Shown here one piece after another: positions 1-7,938 of a stretch of 31,299 nt of DNA. Made by a program: the position numbers and the translations under genes. Under the pieces are notes generated by a model. The model was not told the DNA's origin. It made no database searches and worked only from the letters and a program-made list of their open reading frames with translations. Within the stretch, counting starts at the first letter, position 1; each line of letters begins with the position of its first letter. The stretch comes from Candidatus Heimdallarchaeota archaeon. Lineage in GTDB: Archaea > Asgardarchaeota > Heimdallarchaeia > Hodarchaeales > Hodarchaeaceae. The stretch spans positions 1 through 31,299 of the forward strand of contig JBHLSH010000047.1 of assembly GCA_048881705.1 (NCBI GenBank). The letters run 5' to 3'.

Positions 1-2
1 AT

Positions 3-1184
3 AAGCTTTCAGATGATCATTTAGCCAAGTTTCTCATTCATGGAGTCGAAGCTGAATACATTCAGAGTTTAAAGGATATCCAGTATGATGATTTGCCGCC
101 TGAACACCTAATAAAGATGAAAATACATGATGTAGTAGTTGACTTCATCCTTGAACTCCAGGAGCTCGGCTATTCAAATTTAGCACCGAACCAATTGGTC
201 AAGATGCGAATATATGGAGTAACCCCCAGTTTTATTCGAAAATTAGGTCAGAAAGGAGATAACTATGAGAACTTAGAAGTCGGTCAATTGGTTAAATTAC
301 GGATCCATGATGTTACTCCAGAATTTATTGATGAACTGAAAGAACAGGGGTACGATAACCTTTCAATTAATCAGTTGGTAAAACTCCAGATTCACAATGT
401 GTCGATTAATTTGATCGAGCGATTTCAAGCCTTAAAACTGGATCTGTCTATTAATCAACTAGTCAACTTTCTCATCCAGAATATAACTCCCGAGTTTGTT
501 GAAGGATTGATCGATCGAAATTTCACTGACCTAACTCCCAATCAGATCCAACAATTTGGAATTCATAATGTCTCTCTGGATTTCATCGATAAAATGAGAG
601 AAAACTTCCCTGGTATTTCCCCAGGGCAACTTGTAAAACTACGTATTCATGATATCAATCCGGAATACATTACGGGCCTGAAGTCTCTCGGATTTAATGA
701 TATCTCGGCAAACAAAGTAATCAAGTGTAGAATTCATGGAGTCACTTCCGAGTTCATCGCTGGTCTACAGGCTCTAGGATATGACGTTCCAATTAACCGC
801 ATCATAAATCTAGCCATTCATAATGTGAGCATCGATTTTATAACTAGCTTTAGGGACATCGGTTATGATTCCTTATCATTAGAGGAAATTCAAGACGCGA
901 AAATTCATGGAGTAACCCCTGATTTTGTTACTAGACTGCAAGAAATGAATTATCTGGACATTGAGTTCTCTAAAGTTAAAAAAATGAAAATTCATGGGGT
1001 TAATATTGACATGATACGACAGTTTCGTGAATTAGGATTTCAAGATGTTTCCATTGATTATCTAATAAGGCTGGCAATATATAATGTTACTCCCTCTTTC
1101 ATTCAACGACTAAGAGATAAAGGCTTTCAAGACCTTGACCTGGATCAAATAATAAAAATAAAGATACATGGAATAATTGATTGA
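3..1184 (+). CDS. Tandem-repeat protein with ~29-aa 'IHxVTPxFI' repeats; 5'-truncated by the window edge
   Basis: The frame is open from base 3 (KLSDDHLAKFLIHGVEAEYIQ...), so the TTG at 93 is internal. 13 complete 28-31 aa units, consensus IH[GDN]V[TS]x[ED]FIxxLxxxG[YF]xxLxxxQLxK[LM][RK], ending IHGIID-TGA. Confidence 0.85.
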   Translation, partial: KLSDDHLAKFLIHGVEAEYIQSLKDIQYDDLPPEHLIKMKIHDVVVDFILELQELGYSNLAPNQLVKMRIYGVTPSFIRKLGQKGDNYENLEVGQLVKLRIHDVTPEFIDELKEQGYDNLSINQLVKLQIHNVSINLIERFQALKLDLSINQLVNFLIQNITPEFVEGLIDRNFTDLTPNQIQQFGIHNVSLDFIDKMRENFPGISPGQLVKLRIHDINPEYITGLKSLGFNDISANKVIKCRIHGVTSEFIAGLQALGYDVPINRIINLAIHNVSIDFITSFRDIGYDSLSLEEIQDAKIHGVTPDFVTRLQEMNYLDIEFSKVKKMKIHGVNIDMIRQFRELGFQDVSIDYLIRLAIYNVTPSFIQRLRDKGFQDLDLDQIIKIKIHGIID

Positions 1185-1315
1185 TCAATTGAACATTGAA
1201 TCTTCTTATATGGGAAGAACGACGAAGTCTTCATAAACGGGAAGCCAATTATAACCATGATTTAGAAGGCGCGTCCCTCCACTACGAACTATTTTCAACA
1301 TATAGAGGTATCTCT

Positions 1316-1948
1316 ATGAGTTTAGATCCCCGTAGATTCTTTTCTATTCATACCCTTGGCCTGGCGGGGGTATTAGCTCCAGTCATTGGTTATAGCGGAA
1401 TTCTTTTATCCATTCTCCTAAATCTAGACTGGTTTAGTCTGACAGATAACGCATTGAGTGATCTGGGTCATTACGGTAATCTGGGTCTCAAGGCATTCGT
1501 TTATAATGGTGGGTTATTCTTTAGCGGGCTAATGGCCCTGATATTTTGCTTAACGATATTCTACCAAGAGCGTGCCGCTTTTGCAGAAGATACCTTGGGA
1601 AAAACATCTTTCTTACTTGGGGTGATGGTCTTTTCCATTTCTGGCCTAGCCCTGGTGGGGATAAGCATACTTTCCGAGGATTTTGGTTCTATTCATAGAT
1701 TCGTCTCCGAAGTGTTTTTCGTGTCCATTCCGTTTGCCATGTGGCTTTTTGGAATTGCATTTTATCGTAGGGCTGAATTAAACGCCACGGGGTTATTCGC
1801 ACTTGTTGCGGGTACCGTTGCAGGTTTAGCCTGGATTTCATACTTTGCATTCCCAGTATTCTCTGGCGTAGCTATCCCTGAGGCCCTTTCATCAATTGCC
1901 GTGAGTCTCTGGATTGTCTTTCGTGGAATCCAGTATTACCAGTCTTGA
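1316..1948 (+). CDS. DUF998-family multi-pass membrane protein
   Basis: GVLAPVIGYSGILLSI..WFSLTDNALSDLG..FVYNGGLFFSG and HRFVSEVFF motifs, ~6 hydrophobic segments. Start moved from the track's TTG 1196 to ATG 1316, which follows a GAGGT RBS. Confidence 0.75.
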   Translation: MSLDPRRFFSIHTLGLAGVLAPVIGYSGILLSILLNLDWFSLTDNALSDLGHYGNLGLKAFVYNGGLFFSGLMALIFCLTIFYQERAAFAEDTLGKTSFLLGVMVFSISGLALVGISILSEDFGSIHRFVSEVFFVSIPFAMWLFGIAFYRRAELNATGLFALVAGTVAGLAWISYFAFPVFSGVAIPEALSSIAVSLWIVFRGIQYYQS

Positions 1949-2262
1949 TCAGCAAGAGTCCGTTTTCCTAAACGGCTGTTCATCTCGTAAATACTATAGT
2001 TTCCAGTGAAAATGATTCTAGCAACATATTCTTGTTTGAAAATATCTTTATTCAACTCCAAATGGAAGAAAATCCGCAAAACGACATCTGATTAAGCTAT
2101 AGCTAAGAACCCCAGCTAAGTTTGAATGCTGAAGTCGGTTCCATGGCTAAATTTGACCCATCTGCCGGGAGACGCTTTTTCATTCTAATTTATATTACAT
2201 AAAACAATTGGTTTCTGCGAAACGTATCAGAAAACATTTGAGAGAACTGATTGGAGTTCTAA

Positions 2263-2280
2263 TTGAGCGTATTTGCTCAA
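2263..2280. promoter_or_regulatory. Perfect inverted repeat TTGAGC-N6-GCTCAA, candidate operator
   Basis: ttgagc gtattt gctcaa lies directly before the GTGAGG RBS of the ATG at 2298. Confidence 0.35.
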
Positions 2281-2297
2281 GTGAGGCAACTAGTCAG

Positions 2298-2582
2298 ATG
2301 CTTTTCATTGTACAACACACACATTCTGAATCTAACTGCCCAGCTCGTGATCCTGAACAAGGGAACATGTTACTCCAACATATAAATCAAAATGCCGCCC
2401 ATTTCGGTGTCACTATCAATGCGGAGGGCGTGGCGAACGGAAAACACCAATTCCACTTGATTGTGGAATCAGACTCGCAAAAGAACGTAGAACGGTTCAT
2501 GGCACCGTTCAAACAAGCTGGCCAAGTTGAAATTCTTCCTGCTTCCCCCTGTGAGGTTGTTGTGGATCGAGGCGCCTGCTAG
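2298..2582 (+). CDS. Small His/Cys-containing protein, DUF3303/GYD-like alpha-beta barrel type (94 aa)
   Basis: MLFIVQHTHSESNCPARDP...HQFHLIVESDS..VERFMAPFKQAGQVEILPASPC..DRGAC. ATG 2298 follows a GTGAGG RBS; the track's upstream extension looks non-coding. Family is from recall. Confidence 0.6.
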   Translation: MLFIVQHTHSESNCPARDPEQGNMLLQHINQNAAHFGVTINAEGVANGKHQFHLIVESDSQKNVERFMAPFKQAGQVEILPASPCEVVVDRGAC

Positions 2583-2991
2583 GTTCCACCACCTCTCTCT
2601 TTTTACCATTTTTATGATTTTGGTTTCATTGGATTACGATTGACGGACGTGATTTCCATAACCTGAATTGGTCGAAAATCGGTCGGCCAGAAGAAATCGC
2701 CTTACGTTGATCGTAGGGGCCTGCCATGGTATTAAATTTTGATTTTTCTTACCCAGATTCAAAAAACCGAATATGACCTTTCTCCTCATAACTTTATTGG
2801 TTCCCCATTCCCTTTGTCAAAGGACAACAATGGACTATAGATTGGCTGCTGATGTGTGAGCATCAAAGTTTTCTTTCGCAATATCTGTTCTTTTATCTAA
2901 CAATTTATAACATCGATTGATTTAGTATTAGTCAAATTCAAAGCATTTATAATATTGTAAAATTGAATACCGATCGAGGTCGTGCTGGGAT

Positions 2992-3429
2992 TTGATGGAC
3001 ATGAGAAGGAGGAAAACATGCAATTATTGTAAAAAAGAAGTACCAGAGGAATTTGGGACTCCGACAATTCTATGGTCATATTTCATCGCGGGAAATCATC
3101 CAGCGAAAGGATGGCCCAAAGGCGCCTATTGTAACGGAAAATGTCGCTTAAGGCACAATCTACTAATGAATCCGTTGAGACCCTTTCTGGCACCAATTGG
3201 GTTAATTATTGTAGCACTAATCATCTATTCCTGGATAAATATTTACACTTCAGAAGTTGGTTTTCTGGAGTCTCACTCAGAAGGCGATATTTTTTTTCTT
3301 TATCTTTGGTCACTTCTAGGGAGTGCTAGTTTTCTGTATGGAATGGCTTCCTTATTGACAAGATTATACTACTACCTCTCCCTGAGCAGATCAAAAGAGA
3401 AAGAGGCCTCTTCCCTTTTGCGCCCCTAA
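2992..3429 (+). CDS. Hypothetical membrane protein with an N-terminal Cys4 (TRASH/MYM-like) finger and two TM helices
   Basis: CNYC-x33-CNGKC followed by two hydrophobic stretches; GAGGT upstream at 2976-2980. Confidence 0.6.
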   Translation: MMDMRRRKTCNYCKKEVPEEFGTPTILWSYFIAGNHPAKGWPKGAYCNGKCRLRHNLLMNPLRPFLAPIGLIIVALIIYSWINIYTSEVGFLESHSEGDIFFLYLWSLLGSASFLYGMASLLTRLYYYLSLSRSKEKEASSLLRP

Positions 3430-3527
3430 AACAAGTTCCTGATTAAGTTCGCCCTATGGTAAAGCTGTGGTGGAATTAGGCGCCCCTGTCGAAGATTATT
3501 GAGAGTTCGTACATCTCAGACTGAGCT

Positions 3528-3560
3528 GAAACATCGGCAAGTTTCTTGCGGTTTTTTTTT
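3528..3560 (+). terminator. Short hairpin plus T9 tract downstream of 2992..3429
   Basis: gaaac-atcggcaa-gtttc followed by a T9 run at 3552-3560. Confidence 0.4.
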
Positions 3561-3692
3561 CTAAGGAGATGGTTTATCATCGATACCCTGAATGAATAAA
3601 TACTGGTATTAAACCTTGTTTTGGGGAGAATTTTACCTGCTCTTCTACCAAGATTTCTAGACGATTTCTTCTAGGAAAAGAGATCGCGGATA

Positions 3693-3728
3693 TTCAAAAA
3701 TGTAGTACGGATCGTTCTAAAATGAAGG
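3693..3728 (+). repeat. 36-bp direct repeat, copy A
   Basis: ttcaaaaatgtagtac-GGATC-gttctaaaatgaagg; its 16-bp and 15-bp arms are identical to those at 5367..5402. Confidence 0.9.
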
Positions 3729-3953
3729 ATAATATGCCTTGATTTCTCCGATTAGTCGAAATTTAATTCTGGTGAGCATAAAGTGGGAAGACAAATTGAT
3801 CTTCATGATTACGATATTGCGGCTACAACCCATCTCCATAACACCCTCTTGTAACGACAAATGCTGCTCCTTTTAACCGAATAAACCAAATAACAAAGAT
3901 TGAATGGCCTCTCGAATTAATTCCGAGCTAATTAGGGATTTTAGGAGTGGACA

Positions 3954-4943
3954 TTAAAGGAGAGCATTAATCATTTCTGCAAGAGAATCCATTTTTACAA
4001 GGAGATACTGGAGTGGAGCCACTTTTCTAGCGATTCCATTTAGTACCAGTTCTGACTGGATTCTCTGGAAGACAAACAGATAATCGTTGGTTTCTAAGAT
4101 TGTTTTTAACGTTTCATCTGATGCAAAGTCAGCAGTAATCCGTTCGTAGTTTGTTAACCAGAGGTTGGCGGGAATCATAATATTGTGGGCCATCGGACCT
4201 TCCTCAAATATAGGAAGACCGTCTTCGGTATAAACAGTGATTCCAGAGAGTTCCTTATTCATTTCAATGAATTGTTGGATGGTTTGAGAGATATCTCCCC
4301 CTCCCGCCTTTTTGAGTATTATGGTTTGAATTAAATCTCCAATTGCTCGGAAAATTGAATTTTCAAAGATCGAGGTATTATAGTGTCTGATCTGGATTTT
4401 TGAATTCTTAGGTGGTACAAAGTATTCCTTCAGAGTTTCTGTTACCTCATCTTTCATATGGGGCAGTAAAAGGTCAGTTTTATGAAGTAAGCAAAATGCG
4501 ACAGCTCTTGGGGAATACTCATTAAGTTTATTGATTGCATGGGTAAAATAGAATTTTGACGTGGAAACTTGATCAAAATCACTCACATCAACAACCCATA
4601 CTAGGATTTCAACATCGGTGAAAATGAATTCCGCCTGTTCCCCCACGAATACGGAAAGGAAACTCTCTTGACCTCCGCAGTCAAAGATTTGAAATGCGGT
4701 ATTGATAATGTTCTTCGTTGAACGGGTATAATTTATTGTAGCATGGTAATCCTTCACGTCATCGGGAGTTTTACCTTCAAAGACGACGGCCCGAATACTA
4801 CTCTTGCCAGATGCCCCTAATCCCATCAATAAAACCTTTTGTGTCCGAGAAAAGGCGTCCATTTTTTGAAACTCTTTATTCACTGATCTTAAGAGGTTGG
4901 TCGGAGATTCGATGTTAGAATTAGAATAGATTGGAGTTTGCAT
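3954..4943 (-). CDS. Rag (Gtr1/RagA-like) GTPase with C-terminal roadblock-like domain
   Basis: KVLLMGLGASGKSS (G1), ATINY (G2), IFDCGGQ (G3, RagA-type), LLHKTD (Rag-type G4 HKxD), TSIF (G5), then a ~115-aa alpha/beta domain (LSGITVYTEDGLPIF...). Confidence 0.9.
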   Translation of the reverse strand: MQTPIYSNSNIESPTNLLRSVNKEFQKMDAFSRTQKVLLMGLGASGKSSIRAVVFEGKTPDDVKDYHATINYTRSTKNIINTAFQIFDCGGQESFLSVFVGEQAEFIFTDVEILVWVVDVSDFDQVSTSKFYFTHAINKLNEYSPRAVAFCLLHKTDLLLPHMKDEVTETLKEYFVPPKNSKIQIRHYNTSIFENSIFRAIGDLIQTIILKKAGGGDISQTIQQFIEMNKELSGITVYTEDGLPIFEEGPMAHNIMIPANLWLTNYERITADFASDETLKTILETNDYLFVFQRIQSELVLNGIARKVAPLQYLLVKMDSLAEMINALL

Positions 4944-4954
4944 TTAGAACTTTA

Positions 4955-4982
4955 TAGGTTCTCTTAGGATATAAGAGACCTA
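4955..4982. promoter_or_regulatory. Near-perfect inverted repeat 12 nt upstream of the Rag start codon
   Basis: taggttctctta-ggata-taagagaccta: 11 bp with one bulged T. Confidence 0.35.
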
Positions 4983-5366
4983 GAGTGTAAGCAATTCAAA
5001 AAATCCTGCAAAGACTTTAAGTGAGTGTCTAATAAAAATTCTCCCCTTTTCATTTGTCCAAGATCCAGCTACTAACGCAAACAGCTTCCCCAGTAGTTTC
5101 CTCTTTTGATTTTTGGAAGTTAAAAGCATAAGATAGAAGAACAACGAACTATTCTTTCTTTTTCTCTCAAGAAGAAGCGTTTAAATTTCCCGTTTTTTCA
5201 CGTTTGCTGCCGTCTAGAATTAACGAATCGTTCTAGGAAATTCTTCGTGTCCGCATCCCCGGAGAATTTTTTCCAATACGAATATTCATGATCCTCGCAA
5301 GGTTTCACGGGTCATCTTTTATAACCCAGAACCAGTCTGAAAGGAAGAGCTAGTTTTCTTTGAATG

Positions 5367-5402
5367 TTCAAAAATGTAGTACACTCTGTTCTAAAATGAA
5401 GG
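5367..5402 (+). repeat. 36-bp direct repeat, copy B
   Basis: ttcaaaaatgtagtac-ACTCT-gttctaaaatgaagg; lies ~55 bp upstream of the likely ATG at 5457. Confidence 0.9.
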
Positions 5403-5456
5403 GTGATAATCTTATATTCTCACAGACAGATTCGATTTATTCTAGGTGGCCGGAAA

Positions 5457-6098
5457 ATGAAAGATGAAAATAGAATCAGGGCATTCTTAATTAGTGTCAC
5501 GGGTTATTCAATTCTATTATTGCAACAGTTACCTGGAATTTGGGTTTGGATACCTCTGATGGCCGCTCCAGTATTCTTACTTCTTGGAGTCCTCATTTCT
5601 AACCTTCCAGCACGAATAACTGACATCTTTCAAAGCCTCATTTCGTTGAATGAAGTAATCCTTGGAAAACTGGCAATAATTATGGGTTTAATTATAGTGA
5701 TCTACTCCATTATCTATCTGGGTATCAAAAAGCGACACGGATTAGTCAAAACAGGGCTTTATCGTTTTATTAGACATCCACAATACCTGGGATTTATATT
5801 ATTAACTATCGGGTTTACTGGATGGAGTTATTACTACATTAAGTTTACATTCGGTATTAGCTGGATTTCTGCAGAACAGACAATCGGTTTATGGTATATC
5901 CAAATGTTTTTGTATTTTCTTCTCGCATTTATTGAAGAGAGGCATTTGACCGCAGCTTTTGGTGCAGAATTTACCGAGTATAAGAATGAAACGTCTTCTT
6001 TTCTCCCTTTTGCGAAATCAGACCTCCAGAACTACTTATCTTCTTTGATTGTCTTTAGTCTTATCTTAATGTTCGTGATCCAATTTCCATTCACATAG
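5457..6098 (+). CDS. Isoprenylcysteine carboxyl methyltransferase / PEMT-family membrane protein
   Basis: LVKTGLYRFIRHPQYLG and EERHL..AFGAEFTEYKNETSSFLP motifs, multiple TM segments. ATG 5457 follows an AGGTGG RBS. Confidence 0.8.
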   Translation: MKDENRIRAFLISVTGYSILLLQQLPGIWVWIPLMAAPVFLLLGVLISNLPARITDIFQSLISLNEVILGKLAIIMGLIIVIYSIIYLGIKKRHGLVKTGLYRFIRHPQYLGFILLTIGFTGWSYYYIKFTFGISWISAEQTIGLWYIQMFLYFLLAFIEERHLTAAFGAEFTEYKNETSSFLPFAKSDLQNYLSSLIVFSLILMFVIQFPFT

Positions 6099-6529
6099 AG
6101 GCGGTTCTATATTTGCTCTCGGTATTAGAAGCGATATTCATTCCAGGATCGCAAACAGCCCTTTGCGGACAACCACAGATATTCAATTCTCTCTATGGAA
6201 TCTTTGTTGCGGTGATTGGTGCCCTTGGAATCGCCGGGAGTAGCATTTGGGGATTAATCATCAAAGCATGTGGGATAAAACTCTCGATAATCAGCGTGAA
6301 AGACACGACCACTCCCTCCGACACCAATTTTAATTTTTCTCCTTCCTACGCTTTCTAGAACGAGATTGTAGATTTCACACCCTTTTGTCGATTCTTTAAG
6401 GGTAAATTTGAAGTAGGATTCGAGTTCAGCCTGTTGTAACCGTTCTTACAAAGAAACGTTTCGATTAATTAATTCCTACCAGATTTCTACCTGCTCCTTG
6501 ATGTTCCTGTTGTTTCTTTATCCAAATAC

Positions 6530-6716
6530 TCAATCCCCTTTTCCTAAGCGAGTTTCTGCGCCTTCCACTTGGATTCGGTTATTACAAAAATCAGCTCCAT
6601 GCGTCCATATATACCCTTCAGAAAAAAATATTTTCAACCATATTTCGAACCAGTTTATCTGATAGATCGATGGGGCTCCCTAAAATACCAATCTTCAGGA
6701 TATATTCGTTCTCAAC
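6530..6716 (-). pseudogene. Frameshifted N-terminal relic of a Rab/Ras-like GTPase
   Basis: Minus strand reads (V)ENEYILKIGILGSPIDLSDKLVRNMVENIF; skipping one base in the 7-nt homopolymer at 6622-6628 gives SEGYIWTHGADFCNNRIQVEGAETRL, resembling the beta1/P-loop and YxxTIGADF switch I of the Rab at 13803..14414. AGGAGGT RBS lies 8 nt before a non-start GTT. Confidence 0.5.
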
Positions 6717-6999
6717 TTTGTAGAACCTCCTTCCTGAAGGGGACCTAACTTTCAAATAATGAATTAAAAGTTGAAAAACCTTCAATTTCGATTTTTTTCT
6801 CTTTAATGTCCAAATAGGCGGTGTTGAGGATTATTTCCCTTATTATACTGATTTTACAAACAAAAGAAACTCAGTATTAGCCGATTTCAAAATGATTTGA
6901 AATGGTTTTTCTGGTTATTTAAGACAATAACTTGAGCAACCGAGTGAGAAGAAAAACGAAAGGATTTCCTTCTCAAACTCATTAACTCAATAATTCAAG

Positions 7000-7482
7000 G
7001 TGAAATGGGTGTCAAAAACTTGTGAAGAAAAAGAAATTGAAATAGAAGAAATTCCAGAAACAAATAAAGTTGTTAAAACAACTAGTGTCGCTGATGTATC
7101 AAATCCAGCTGAAAAAGTGCGAATGATATATGATGACATTAAAGCAACTTTAGGAATAGATTTTGTCCCTAATATGTACAAAGCAATGGCCGTAAACCCT
7201 GATTATCTGGAATTAACTTGGAATCGGATTCAGGCAGTGATGAGCAAAGAAGGAAAGCTTAATACAGTCACAAAAGACATTATAGCTCTTACCGTCTCGA
7301 TAATGAGTGGATCTACATACTGTATCGATGTTTACAAACAAGCTGTATCACACAATGGTTTGGATGACGAAGCAATATCTGAGATATATGCAATTATTGA
7401 GATTTACTCTGGGTTGAACCGATTCAACATTGCGCAGCAGACTGAAAAAGATGAGAAACCTTGGTATGGTTGTGGTGTATAA
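7000..7482 (+). CDS. Carboxymuconolactone decarboxylase / AhpD-like family protein
   Basis: IYDDIKATLGIDFVPNMYKAMAVNPDYL and TKDIIALTVS..SGSTYCID; C-terminal PWYGCGV. Exact start uncertain. Confidence 0.8.
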   Translation: MKWVSKTCEEKEIEIEEIPETNKVVKTTSVADVSNPAEKVRMIYDDIKATLGIDFVPNMYKAMAVNPDYLELTWNRIQAVMSKEGKLNTVTKDIIALTVSIMSGSTYCIDVYKQAVSHNGLDDEAISEIYAIIEIYSGLNRFNIAQQTEKDEKPWYGCGV

Positions 7483-7938
7483 AAAGGGAGTCATAATATG
7501 ATACAACAAGTCTTGGCAATTTTCCAAAGTCTAACAAAGCAGGAACTCCATATTATGGGATGATGCGGGTTTTCGGTGAGTGGCTGTGGATGGCGTTTAT
7601 GATGATTGGAGGAATGATACTAATAACTGAAGTCCCTCCTTGGATCATAAGGTTTGGATGATCTTGGCCGATCAAATACCTTTAACCCCCATTAGCTTTA
7701 GAGGGGAGACCTGCGAGTGAATAAACATCAATTTATCGAACATCATATCCGTAAAACCCAGGGTCTCGCCCGTCTATTCTTTCCCAAAGGAAGATGAGTT
7801 TCACCCCTCCTTCCGAGAGAATACGTGGACTAACCAGATATCAAATAACTGATCTACATATATTTTTCCCCTAGACTGAGTAAATTTTAAAAAAGGGATA
7901 TCATTTTTTGCTGCTGGTTGCTTTGAACATGAGTGTGT

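Noticed and set aside
3500-3520. GAGAGTTCGTACATCTC resembling a tRNA T-arm
   Set aside because: The closing G-C pair is absent and there are no D, anticodon or acceptor stems.
5457-6098. ICMT-like gene beside Rag and the Rab relic as evidence of GTPase prenyl-Cys methylation
   Set aside because: The family is widespread in prokaryotes, and neither GTPase ends in a Cys/CaaX motif. The CMD tail (GCGV) has Cys at -3, not -4.
6113-6358. 81-aa + strand ORF with a hydrophobic middle, and the opposite-strand frame ...ELESYFKFTLKESTKGCEIYNLVLESV...
   Set aside because: TTG start with no convincing RBS and no recognisable motif. The minus frame has no start and no clear G4/G5, so I could not attach it to the Rab relic.
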